A stretch of 64,000 nucleotides of DNA from Candidatus Aenigmatarchaeota archaeon. Lineage in GTDB: Archaea > Aenigmatarchaeota > Aenigmatarchaeia > CG10238-14 > SCSR01. Below the pieces are notes generated by a model. That model was not told the origin of the DNA. It searched no databases and saw only the letters and a program-made list of their open reading frames with translations. The position numbers and the translations under genes were made by a program. Position 1 is the stretch's first letter. Each line of letters starts with the position of its first letter. Positions 29,899 to 39,000 of this stretch are shown piece by piece. Location of the stretch: contig JAVZHQ010000001.1 in the NCBI GenBank assembly GCA_038998335.1, positions 512,001-576,000 of the forward strand, in the 5' to 3' direction.

Positions 29899-30730
29899 CT
29901 CTTATAGCCTCCTTCAAAATTTTATCCCATTCTTCTGCCTTCTTTTTTATTACCTTGAAAGGGTCTTCCTCCGGATATTTTCTCCATTCCCCAGCAATGT
30001 CTCTTCCAACATTCCCAATTACTCCAGGAAAACTTATTCCTTCTTTTTTAAGATATTTTAAAACTCTAACAGGAACTCCTTGAGCACCTAGACCAGGAGC
30101 AAGTATCACTTGAGTATCGCAAACACCTCTTATTTCGCATGCTAATTCTTCATCTCTTGGACCTGCTACTATTCCAATCGGGGAATAATCCTGTTTAGGA
30201 AGCTTTTGGCTCCATTCGTTCGCAACTTTTAAAGCCAAAAATCTCCACATAGGAATTTCATTTATATTCAAGCTCCAAAACATTTCTGAATTAGGACTTG
30301 TCGTATAAACAAGAACAAAAATTCCTTTTTCATCCAAGTAAGGAGTGAAGGAATCTATTACATCATTTAACCATGGTAATGCGTTTACTGTGCAGGCATC
30401 TGCATCTATTTCTTTCAAATATCTCCTTGCATATTCTGCTGCAGTAAACCCAACATCATTTGCTTTCGAATCGACGATAAACAATCTTCCTTTATCCTTA
30501 GCATATTTGCATATTTCCTTTAGGGAATCTAAATCCTTCCCACTACCCACATAACCTGATAAGTTTGCTTTAAAAGCAAGAGCTACATTATAAGTTGAGT
30601 TGATCATCTCTCTAGCCCACTCTCTTAGGTCATAACTTGGGGGAATAACTTCCGGTAACGGATCCAAACCAACGCAGAGAATACTTTTTGCCTCTTTATA
30701 TGCAGCTTTTACTCTATCTTCAAAAAGCAT
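29882..30730 (-). CDS. pyrF: Orotidine-5'-phosphate decarboxylase
   Basis: LCVGLDP, DSKANDVGFT, APGLGAQG; start adjusted to MLFEDR. Confidence 0.9.
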   Translation of the reverse strand: MLFEDRVKAAYKEAKSILCVGLDPLPEVIPPSYDLREWAREMINSTYNVALAFKANLSGYVGSGKDLDSLKEICKYAKDKGRLFIVDSKANDVGFTAAEYARRYLKEIDADACTVNALPWLNDVIDSFTPYLDEKGIFVLVYTTSPNSEMFWSLNINEIPMWRFLALKVANEWSQKLPKQDYSPIGIVAGPRDEELACEIRGVCDTQVILAPGLGAQGVPVRVLKYLKKEGISFPGVIGNVGRDIAGEWRKYPEEDPFKVIKKKAEEWDKILKEAIRDGSKI

Positions 30731-30771
30731 ATTAACTAAATAAAGGATTAAAAATAAATAATTTGCCAAAT

Positions 30772-31572
30772 TCAAGGATAAGAATAAATTAAGACCAACC
30801 TTCCTTCTCCATCTTTCAGATAAAGTGTATCTTCATCGTTATTCCAAACTGGGTATTTGCTGTTTAGAAAAATTTCATTTTTAGTGTTATTTCCAAAACC
30901 AGAAAGAATTTTTACTTCTGAGTTAGGTTGAAGTAAAAACTCAGAAAGATAAAAAGAGCTAAAGCTTCTATCCCTAACATTCCATTTAGTGATGTTTATA
31001 GAAAAGTTACAGACATTTTTCAAAACAAAGTATTCGTCATTTAAATTCTTGCTGTCATCACCTTTAGCATCGTAATGAAACTCTTTTACTTTAATACAGT
31101 CGCTAAACTTGGAAAATTTTCCCCAGATTCCAAGCTTGTTCTTTCTTGCGTATTCCTCTGCTTCTAAAAGTTGAGAAGAATATTTTTGGTTTGAAGAAAC
31201 TATGTAAACGCTTGCAAAACCTTGCCTAACCATTTCCAAATTAACAAAAGTATCGCCAACAAAAACATACCTCAAAAGCCTTCCGCTTGAATCTGAATTT
31301 GTAGTATCAGCCTCAAGAAAAACGTTTTTATTTTCTACCATTTCCCTTAACTTTTCCTTTGCTTCTTGGTAAAAGTACTTGTTCTTTTCTGGAGCATCCA
31401 CTCCTAAAAGTCTAACCTTTTTTCCATTAGCTAGTTCAAAAGTATCGCCATCTATAACCCTTGCAACAGTAACAAGAGTTTTGTTCGAAGAATTCTTAGA
31501 AAAAAGAAAGTAAGAGAAAGCTAAAATTAACAGTAAGACAATCAAAATTGGTAGAATTACCTTAAGCTTCAT
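30772..31572 (-). CDS. Membrane-anchored thermonuclease (SNase) with lamin-tail domain
   Basis: VIDGDT, RLLGVDAPE, GRLLRYV; LNDEYFVL..VWNNDEDTLYL. Confidence 0.92.
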   Translation of the reverse strand: MKLKVILPILIVLLLILAFSYFLFSKNSSNKTLVTVARVIDGDTFELANGKKVRLLGVDAPEKNKYFYQEAKEKLREMVENKNVFLEADTTNSDSSGRLLRYVFVGDTFVNLEMVRQGFASVYIVSSNQKYSSQLLEAEEYARKNKLGIWGKFSKFSDCIKVKEFHYDAKGDDSKNLNDEYFVLKNVCNFSINITKWNVRDRSFSSFYLSEFLLQPNSEVKILSGFGNNTKNEIFLNSKYPVWNNDEDTLYLKDGEGRLVLIYSYP

Positions 31573-31658
31573 GTTTTTCTGTTTAAACTTTTACCAATTA
31601 ACTTAATCTCACTACCAAAGGTGGTAATTTTAAGATTTTGTCTAACGAAATTTAAAAA

Positions 31659-32636
31659 GTGAGGCTTTTCGAGATAAACTCAAACTCTGGAATTCCTTTG
31701 GTTGGAGCAATTTGTTTTGGTATAATAGATAGAGGCACAAATCTTTTACAGATTAGACCGAGTACACTTTGCAGTTTAAGCTGCGTCTTTTGCTCAACAG
31801 ACTTAGGACCAAACTCAAGAACAAGGGTTACTGAATATATTGTTGAGCTTGATTATTTGCTTGAGTGGGTAAAAGAAGTTGCAAAATTTAAAGGAAAAAA
31901 ACTTCAGGCTCACGTGGATTTTGGCGAGCCAACTTTATACCCTAAGTTAATAGAGCTCGTTCAAGGATTAAAAGAGATAGAAGGAATAGAAATCGTTTCC
32001 ATGGAATCAAAAAACTTGCATCTTAACTTTAGAAAAATAGATGAACTTGCTGAAGTTGGGCTTGATAGAATCAATTTATCTATAGATGCTTTAGATCAAG
32101 AATTAGCAAGAAAGTTGGCAGGAACTGAAAGTTATGATGTTACTAGAATAATAGAACTTGCAGAGTATATAGTAAAAACTAACATCAAACTTTTGTTAGC
32201 TCCTGTATGGGTTCCTGGTTTGAATGATCAAGAAATTCCTAAAATAATTAGGTTTGCAAAAGAAATAGGAGCAAAGCTTGGGATTCAAAAGTACGAAGCT
32301 CACAAGTTTGGTAGAAAGCCTGAGGGTGTTAAGCCGATTAGCTGGTGGAAATTTTATCGAAAGCTTGAAGAATGGGAAAAGCAGTTCAACGTTAAGCTAA
32401 GAATTACACCAAAAGATTTTGGAATAGAAAAGAGAAAAATGCTTCCTATTCTTTTCGAAAAAGGGCAAAAAGTTAGAGTTAAAATAAAAGCTCCTGGATG
32501 GATTAGAAACGAAATGATTGGAGTAGCTAAGAATAGATGCATAAGCATAGTTGATTGTCAAGCAGAAATTGGAGATGAAGTAAAAGTGGAAATTCTTGAG
32601 AACAAGCATAACCTTTATGTTGCAAGAATGGTTTGA
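31659..32636 (+). CDS. Archaeal radical SAM protein with C-terminal TRAM-like domain
   Basis: GIIDRGTN, CSLSCVFC. Confidence 0.88.
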   Translation: MRLFEINSNSGIPLVGAICFGIIDRGTNLLQIRPSTLCSLSCVFCSTDLGPNSRTRVTEYIVELDYLLEWVKEVAKFKGKKLQAHVDFGEPTLYPKLIELVQGLKEIEGIEIVSMESKNLHLNFRKIDELAEVGLDRINLSIDALDQELARKLAGTESYDVTRIIELAEYIVKTNIKLLLAPVWVPGLNDQEIPKIIRFAKEIGAKLGIQKYEAHKFGRKPEGVKPISWWKFYRKLEEWEKQFNVKLRITPKDFGIEKRKMLPILFEKGQKVRVKIKAPGWIRNEMIGVAKNRCISIVDCQAEIGDEVKVEILENKHNLYVARMV

Positions 32637-32713
32637 AGAAACATTAAGTGGGTTGGAATTTTACCGGAATTAAACCTCCGAAATAAAAGTATATTTATAG
32701 CTTTATACTATTT

Positions 32714-34024
32714 ATGATGAACGTTTGGCTTTCCAAGGTAATAGATAACGGAAAAGTTTTGAGTGAGTTAAGTACTCAAGAGATTAAAACTGTCGAAAGA
32801 GATTTTAGATGTATACTTTGCAAAGGTTCAAGACTTCTTTGTGGAAAGGCTAGATGCCCTATTTTAATAAGAATTTATACTCAAATAAAAATTCAACCTC
32901 TCGTTCAAAAGACAGAACTAGAAGGCTCAAGTCCTCCTGACATTTTTGTGGGCAGAATAGGATATCCTTATGTTTATGTTGGACCTTTAATCCCTCCTTT
33001 GAAAGGAGATACATCAATCCTTTCTTGTCCAGAATTTTGGCACGGAAAAAGTATAGATGAAATAATTAACCTAAGGTTTCAGCTTGTTAGGGGAAAGTAT
33101 CGCACGCATGTAAAAAATTTTGAAGGAAAAATTGTTGAGTTAACAAGAGAAATAGCTTTAAGCAAAAGCTCAGTAGAAAGTGAGGCTCATTTTAAAAGAA
33201 AGCCTTCTGGAACAATAGTTTTAGACGATGAAGTTCAACCTTTTGGTCCTTCTGCTCCTTTAAAAAACTTGTTTGTTGGTAGCATAAAAACAGATCAAAA
33301 AATAGAAAAAGCTTATAACGATACTGACTTGAAAGCTAGCGAAGCAGTATTTTGGCTTTATGAAAAAGGGGTTTTAATTTCAAGAATCCAAAGAGCTTTC
33401 TCTGCTGGATTGTTTGGAATAGAAGAAAACCGAAAGCTAGTTCCTACTAGATGGTCTATAACTGCTATCGATTCAATAATTTCTCAAAAACTCTTGGAAC
33501 AAATAAAAACTTTTCCTTTGATAAACGAGTTTAGAGTTTACGAGCATGAAGCCTTGGACAATAAATGGATTGTTTTAATGATTCCTGATTATTGGAGCTA
33601 TGAACTGATAGAAGCTTGGTATCCTGGAACAACTTGGAACCCAAAAGGAAAAAATATATGGATAATTTCTGATTGGGAGGGATTTGAAGGAAGGAGCAGC
33701 TATCCTAGTATAGGAGGGTGTTACATGGCTAGTAGGCTTAGTATATCATCAAAATTGAAAGAAGAAAAAAGACAGGCATCAGTGATAGTATTGAGAGAAA
33801 TACACCCAGGCTTTATCATGCCGCTAGGAGTATGGAATGTTAGGGAAAATGTAAAAGAGGCCTTGAAAAATAAACCATTGATATTTGATACTTTAGAAAA
33901 AAGTTTACAATACATCTCCACAAAATTGAATATCCCTTTAATAAAATGGATTAGAAATAGCTTTCTTCTAAGAAAGTTTCTATTTCAAAAAAGACTTTCT
34001 CATTTTTTAAAAACCACAGCGTAG
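32714..34024 (+). CDS. nreA: Nre family DNA repair protein with C-terminal PIP-like box
   Basis: CILCKG..LCG...CP, GSSPPDIFVG, LVPTRWSITA, QKRLSHFL. Confidence 0.93.
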   Translation: MMNVWLSKVIDNGKVLSELSTQEIKTVERDFRCILCKGSRLLCGKARCPILIRIYTQIKIQPLVQKTELEGSSPPDIFVGRIGYPYVYVGPLIPPLKGDTSILSCPEFWHGKSIDEIINLRFQLVRGKYRTHVKNFEGKIVELTREIALSKSSVESEAHFKRKPSGTIVLDDEVQPFGPSAPLKNLFVGSIKTDQKIEKAYNDTDLKASEAVFWLYEKGVLISRIQRAFSAGLFGIEENRKLVPTRWSITAIDSIISQKLLEQIKTFPLINEFRVYEHEALDNKWIVLMIPDYWSYELIEAWYPGTTWNPKGKNIWIISDWEGFEGRSSYPSIGGCYMASRLSISSKLKEEKRQASVIVLREIHPGFIMPLGVWNVRENVKEALKNKPLIFDTLEKSLQYISTKLNIPLIKWIRNSFLLRKFLFQKRLSHFLKTTA

Positions 34025-35153
34025 GCTTTTTGCTATTATCTTTGGAAACTATATTTTCTTTTAATAGTTGCCTCATATGTGCCCAAATAAGTGTTTGGTT
34101 TAATCCGGTCAACCTTGAAAGTTCTGGTACGGAAGAAGGTTTATTTAACAACATTTTTAATATTTTCTTCCTATTTTTATGGATATCTACAAAACTTTTT
34201 ACTGCTTCTTGGAGTAATAGACTCTTCTTAGGATGAGTAAAACCAATTTTATTTAAAAAATTTTCTAAACTCTTTTTTCCAAAAACACTAAACCTTAAGA
34301 CGATTTTATTTCTTTCCCTCTTATCTCTAAAAATCTCTTGTTTTGTTATTTTACCTGATTTGATTCCAAACTCTGATAGTATTTCTTTTATCGAACATAG
34401 AAAATTTTCTAGGGAACCCTTTAGTTCAAGTAATTTTCCTTGTGCAAAAATTATTGCCTGACTTCTACTCTTTTTATTTTTCTTCTTAACACATCCTTCA
34501 TCATCAAAAATTCCACGTAGAAAAGATAATTTAATTTCTTTAGAACCATTTTTAATCCATTCTGGAACATCAAAGCATTGAAGAGTTTTATTGCCAACAG
34601 GAACTCCTGCTCTATGAAGTACAAAACCAACGAAAGGGCAAAATTTAACTTGAATTCTTCCATCCTTAAGTTTAATGATAGTTCCTCTCGTTCTGCCTAT
34701 AGCTTTATTAACACAATCACATACTTCTTTAACTAATTTCCTTTCATTATTCCAAAAAGAAAATCTAAATGTGTCTTTTTCTATACTTCCATCCCCCATA
34801 CCTTTAGCAACAAGTAATGCTAATTCTGGAGATTCTATAATGGGAAGCTTAACTTCAGTTACTTTTCCTGACATTCCACCTTTGATAGCAACTACATGCT
34901 TTTCTAATTCTTCTTCGGAAATTTCAGTAATCGCAATTAATTTTTTGAGTATTTGCCATTTTATAAACTTTGTTTGACCTATTTTCATTAACCTTATAGA
35001 GTCCGGGTCACATTCTAGTTTTTTTGCCAAATTTTTAATCATGCCTTCTTTTTCGATAGCTTTTCTAAATAGTTCTAACCTAAACTTGTCCTCGATCAAA
35101 AATCTAAAGCTCCTACACATTAAATCTTTCAATCTTACTTCCATCTTTCTCAC
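33951..35153 (-). CDS. Free-standing double-motif LAGLIDADG protein with HTH domains at both ends
   Basis: LVAKGMGDG and FLRGIFDDEG; no intein splice motifs; C-terminal wHTH. Confidence 0.85.
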   Translation of the reverse strand: MRKMEVRLKDLMCRSFRFLIEDKFRLELFRKAIEKEGMIKNLAKKLECDPDSIRLMKIGQTKFIKWQILKKLIAITEISEEELEKHVVAIKGGMSGKVTEVKLPIIESPELALLVAKGMGDGSIEKDTFRFSFWNNERKLVKEVCDCVNKAIGRTRGTIIKLKDGRIQVKFCPFVGFVLHRAGVPVGNKTLQCFDVPEWIKNGSKEIKLSFLRGIFDDEGCVKKKNKKSRSQAIIFAQGKLLELKGSLENFLCSIKEILSEFGIKSGKITKQEIFRDKRERNKIVLRFSVFGKKSLENFLNKIGFTHPKKSLLLQEAVKSFVDIHKNRKKILKMLLNKPSSVPELSRLTGLNQTLIWAHMRQLLKENIVSKDNSKKPTLWFLKNEKVFFEIETFLEESYF

Positions 35154-35256
35154 TTTTAATTACTTGATTGCTATCTTTCAGTATATTACTTTCGGGGGTT
35201 CACTTCCGATGAAAAATAGCCTGAAGATTTTTATAAGTAGCAATTAATCTAAATTT

Positions 35257-36057
35257 ATGCAAGTAAAAGAAATAAAGTGCAAATCCATTTTAAACAGAAG
35301 CAAGCTTGCTGATTATTGTATAAATTGTTATGTTGGCTGCGAGCACGCTTGTGTTTATTGCTATGCAGAATATTACACAAAAAAATACACTCAGCATAAA
35401 GAAGAGTGGGGAAGTTTTGTTGACGCTAAAATAAACTCTCCTGAAATTTTAAGAAAGGAAATCTTGAACAAGAAAAAAGGTAGCGTTTTCCTTTCTTCTT
35501 TAACAGACCCCTATCAGCCTTTAGAAAAAAAGTATGAACTAACAAGAAAATGTTTAGAGATTCTACAAAGAAACAATTTTTCTGTTTGCATACAAACAAA
35601 ATCTTCTTTAGTCTTAAGAGACCTTGAAATTCTTAAAAAGTTTAAAGATTGTGAGGTTGGCTTTACAATAACAACATTAGAAGAGAAAATAAGAAAAAAT
35701 TTTGAGCCTTTTTCTTCTAGCGTTGATGAAAAATTAGAAGCTTTAAGTATATTGAAAGAAAATGGAATCAAAACTTTTGTTTTTTTCGGTCCAGTTTTGC
35801 CTTTTCTTTCTGATAAAAATTTAGAAGAATTTTTTGAAAAACTTTCTAGCTTAACTGATTATTTTTTTGTCGATAAGCTTAACATTAAACCTGGAACTTG
35901 GGAAAAATGCGAAAAGATTTTGAAAGAGAAATATCCTGAGCTTCTAGAAAAATGGCAGAGAATATTTTTTGAGAAAAACGATTACTATAAAAATTTGAGG
36001 AAAAAGATAGAGGAAATTGCAAGAAAAAATAAACTGAAAGTTATTTTTTGTTACTAG
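35257..36057 (+). CDS. SPL-like radical SAM protein
   Basis: GCEHACVYCYA, SSLTDPYQP, IQTKS. Confidence 0.92.
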   Translation: MQVKEIKCKSILNRSKLADYCINCYVGCEHACVYCYAEYYTKKYTQHKEEWGSFVDAKINSPEILRKEILNKKKGSVFLSSLTDPYQPLEKKYELTRKCLEILQRNNFSVCIQTKSSLVLRDLEILKKFKDCEVGFTITTLEEKIRKNFEPFSSSVDEKLEALSILKENGIKTFVFFGPVLPFLSDKNLEEFFEKLSSLTDYFFVDKLNIKPGTWEKCEKILKEKYPELLEKWQRIFFEKNDYYKNLRKKIEEIARKNKLKVIFCY

Positions 36058-36268
36058 TTACTTTTACACCTTCTTCAAAAGCCTTTTCATCTTTTTCTCC
36101 AAACTCTTCTATAACTTCAGAAGTTTTCATATCTCCGAGCCTTTCAGCACAATCTTTACAAATAGTTACTGTTTTTTTAGTATCTTCGTCGCCAGCGGTA
36201 AAAACTATTCCTTCCTTCCCGCAAATAGAGCATTTGCCTTCAAAAGTAGCTGAAAGCTTAATCCTCAT
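36041..36268 (-). CDS. Small CxxC-CxxC zinc-finger protein
   Basis: CSIC...CKDC. Confidence 0.75.
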   Translation of the reverse strand: MRIKLSATFEGKCSICGKEGIVFTAGDEDTKKTVTICKDCAERLGDMKTSEVIEEFGEKDEKAFEEGVKVTSNKK

Positions 36269-36350
36269 ACTTAATTTTTGTTTTTCATACTTAAAAACAA
36301 ATTTTTAATTTTAAAATTATAATTTTATCATGTAGCTAAAGGAAGAAAAG

Positions 36351-37670
36351 ATGTCTAATGCGTTAAAAACCATAGTTCACTTTTCAATAGGCTATAGATG
36401 TGGCGACGAATACTATCAAAATTTTATTCCTTATAGTGGTGGGCTTTGTGATGTTGTAAAAGGAATAGCTGAAAGAACTCCTTATAATGTTATCGTATAC
36501 ACAAGAAGAAGGGATAAGCTCTGGGTAAACGAGAACGAGCTTGGTCTTGATACTGTAGTTAACTATTACCCTGCTCCAAACGTTAGAGTTGTAGGGGTGC
36601 CTGCGGTCAAGTTATTGAGATGGGAAGAGGAAATTCTCAGCAGCTTGAATTACCTTTACAGTATACCAATAAATGAAAAACAAGAAAGAAGGGACGAAAT
36701 AGTAAGGGAAATAGATTATAATGCAACTGTGGTTAAAAGGTTAATTAAAGGTTATGACGGAATTAAAATCGATAACAATGAAATTATAATTCATGGTCAT
36801 GATTGGCTTAATGCTGCTTCTCTTTATTTGATTAAAAAACATTACCCAAAAACCAAAACAGTTTTTCAAGTTCACTTAAGTAGCACGAGAAACGATTATT
36901 CAGACAAAAGGCTTGTTTACGAAAAAATTGGATGTGAAGCTAGCGATAGAATTGTTGCAGTTTCAAATTCTCAAGCAAGTTCACTTTTTCTACACAAGCT
37001 AGATGAGAAAAAAATAAGGGTTATACCCAATGCAATAGACACAAGAAAATGGGCACCTCCTTCGACTGAACTTGAGTTTAAAGAAATAGAAGAAGTTAAG
37101 GCAAAGTATGGAATAAAAGGCCCTTACATTCTTTCTACGGGAAGGTATGTTGAGGAAAAGGGTCATGCTGCGCTTCTTCTTGCCTCTTCAATATTTCTTA
37201 AAGAGCATCCAGATTTCTACTTAGTAATAGCAGGTTTTGACGGAAACAAAGTGTTTTACGATTTTCTGAGAGAAGTAAGGGAAAGGATGGAAGATAATAT
37301 TAAGGAAAGGGTAATACTTTTCCCTCAAGAAACAACTTTAAACGAGAGGGAAGAGATAAGGTTAAACCAAGGCTGTGAAGCCTATGTTTGCCTTTCTCAT
37401 TATGAGGCTTTTGGTTTGGTTGCTATAAAAGCAATGGCATGTGGTAAGCCTGTTGTAGCGAGCAATATACCTACTTTTGAAGAAGTTATTGGAGATACAG
37501 GAATAAGAGTGAGGATTGAAACAAAGGAAATTGCTAACGGGCTAGAAAAAGCAATAGAAGAGAGAAATTGCTACGGGGAAAAGGCTAGAAGAAGAGTAAG
37601 CGAAAAGTTTTCTTGGGATGTTATATCAAAGGAATACAAAAGACTTTACGACGAGCTTTACGAAACATAA
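36351..37670 (+). CDS. GT4 family glycosyltransferase
   Basis: HGHDW, VIPNAID, GRYVEEKG, YEAFGLVAIKAMACG. Confidence 0.9.
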   Translation: MSNALKTIVHFSIGYRCGDEYYQNFIPYSGGLCDVVKGIAERTPYNVIVYTRRRDKLWVNENELGLDTVVNYYPAPNVRVVGVPAVKLLRWEEEILSSLNYLYSIPINEKQERRDEIVREIDYNATVVKRLIKGYDGIKIDNNEIIIHGHDWLNAASLYLIKKHYPKTKTVFQVHLSSTRNDYSDKRLVYEKIGCEASDRIVAVSNSQASSLFLHKLDEKKIRVIPNAIDTRKWAPPSTELEFKEIEEVKAKYGIKGPYILSTGRYVEEKGHAALLLASSIFLKEHPDFYLVIAGFDGNKVFYDFLREVRERMEDNIKERVILFPQETTLNEREEIRLNQGCEAYVCLSHYEAFGLVAIKAMACGKPVVASNIPTFEEVIGDTGIRVRIETKEIANGLEKAIEERNCYGEKARRRVSEKFSWDVISKEYKRLYDELYET

Positions 37671-37813
37671 AAAATTGAGAATCTATATTCTATAGAATAA
37701 AAAAATATTTATTGAAGTTGCCCTCCTTATTTTCTTTAGAAAATAAAAAGAGGTGGAAAAAATGGCAAAGAAGAAAAAGAAGCCTTGCTAATTTCTAAAC
37801 TTCTTTTCTTTTT

Positions 37814-38410
37814 TTATATTCTTGCTTTGCACCCTAGCTCAAAAATTTCTTTGTTCATGCTAAAATACTTCTCTGGGACTATTCTTCTTATTCCTTCGAA
37901 CAGGCTTTCCTTTTTTAAAGGAATCAAGCTTGAACAACTAGCAACGCCAAGCATAAAAACATTAGCCCCTGTTGTGCTTCCGAATTCTTTTTTCAAGGTT
38001 TTACTTGCGTCTACAAAGAAAACTTTTGAAGAAAATTCTTTCAAAATCTTTTTTATTTCCTCGTTGGAAGGATATTTCTCGCCAAGAGCAGAAGATGAAA
38101 TAGGAACTATTCTCTCAGAATCTATGAGGAAAACAGTTTTTTCTTTTGAACCATAAACACAAGCTCTTAAAGCTTCCAAAGGCTCTAAACCAATTATTAA
38201 ATCTGCCTTTCCTACTCTTACTGTTGAAGAATAAATCTTTTTTCCAAACCTTACATGGCAAGGAATGCTTCCTCCTCTTTGTGAAAGTCCATGAAGCTCT
38301 GAAGTTTTCACGTCATAGCCTTCTATTAAAGCAGCTTCTGCTATTATCAAAGCTAAAGTTAAGGAGCCTTGACCACCAACTCCTGCTATCACAAGGTTAA
38401 ACTCTTTCAT
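37814..38410 (-). CDS. iorB: Indolepyruvate:ferredoxin oxidoreductase beta subunit
   Basis: GVGGQG, ELHGLSQRGGS, LEPLEALR. Confidence 0.95.
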   Translation of the reverse strand: MKEFNLVIAGVGGQGSLTLALIIAEAALIEGYDVKTSELHGLSQRGGSIPCHVRFGKKIYSSTVRVGKADLIIGLEPLEALRACVYGSKEKTVFLIDSERIVPISSSALGEKYPSNEEIKKILKEFSSKVFFVDASKTLKKEFGSTTGANVFMLGVASCSSLIPLKKESLFEGIRRIVPEKYFSMNKEIFELGCKARI

Positions 38411-39000
38411 TTTTTATACCTTAAGCTTCTAGCTTTTGCAAGTACCATTACAACAAATACGTAAGCTAAAAACTCGATTAGAGAAGCTAAAAAGAGTAAA
38501 GATTGTAAAAAGAAAAGGCCAAAAAGAGAGGTTAAGCTGCCTAGAATTAAAAACATAAATGAAAGCGATGCAAAAATTCCAAGCCTATGCCTAAGGATAA
38601 ATAAGCTTATGCTTAAAACAATTAACGCCAAAATATACAATACTCTAAATATAAGAGGAATGTATATGAAGGGTGGAAACGCTTGTATTTCCCAGTAAAA
38701 ATAAATACTTCCTAACGAAAACGCTGCATAAAATATTAATCCAAACCCTGAAACATAAGCTAAGTATAAAATTAACTTGTTTTTTAAAATTTCTCCTATA
38801 GCTACGAGACCTATTAAAATTCCAACATAAAACAATAAAACAAAAAAGTATCCTAATATTAAAAATAAATAAGTTAAGTTAATGTTATCCTGAGCAGCAA
38901 AAGCCCCTGAAACAAACCCTAAGATAAGGCTTAGAACTAAAGCTGATAAGCTCATCCAAAAAGCTAAATCAATTCTCTTTAATCTATTTGGTTCTTTCAT
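38407..39000 (-). CDS. Multi-pass membrane protein inserted between iorA and iorB
   Basis: MKEPNR start, about 6 TMs, ATGA overlaps on both sides. Confidence 0.75.
   Translation of the reverse strand: MKEPNRLKRIDLAFWMSLSALVLSLILGFVSGAFAAQDNINLTYLFLILGYFFVLLFYVGILIGLVAIGEILKNKLILYLAYVSGFGLIFYAAFSLGSIYFYWEIQAFPPFIYIPLIFRVLYILALIVLSISLFILRHRLGIFASLSFMFLILGSLTSLFGLFFLQSLLFLASLIEFLAYVFVVMVLAKARSLRYKK

Noticed and set aside
35164-35247. Long imperfect hairpin or C/D sRNA between divergent genes
   Set aside because: AT-rich arms overlap both promoters and box spacing is unconvincing; better explained as operator plus promoters
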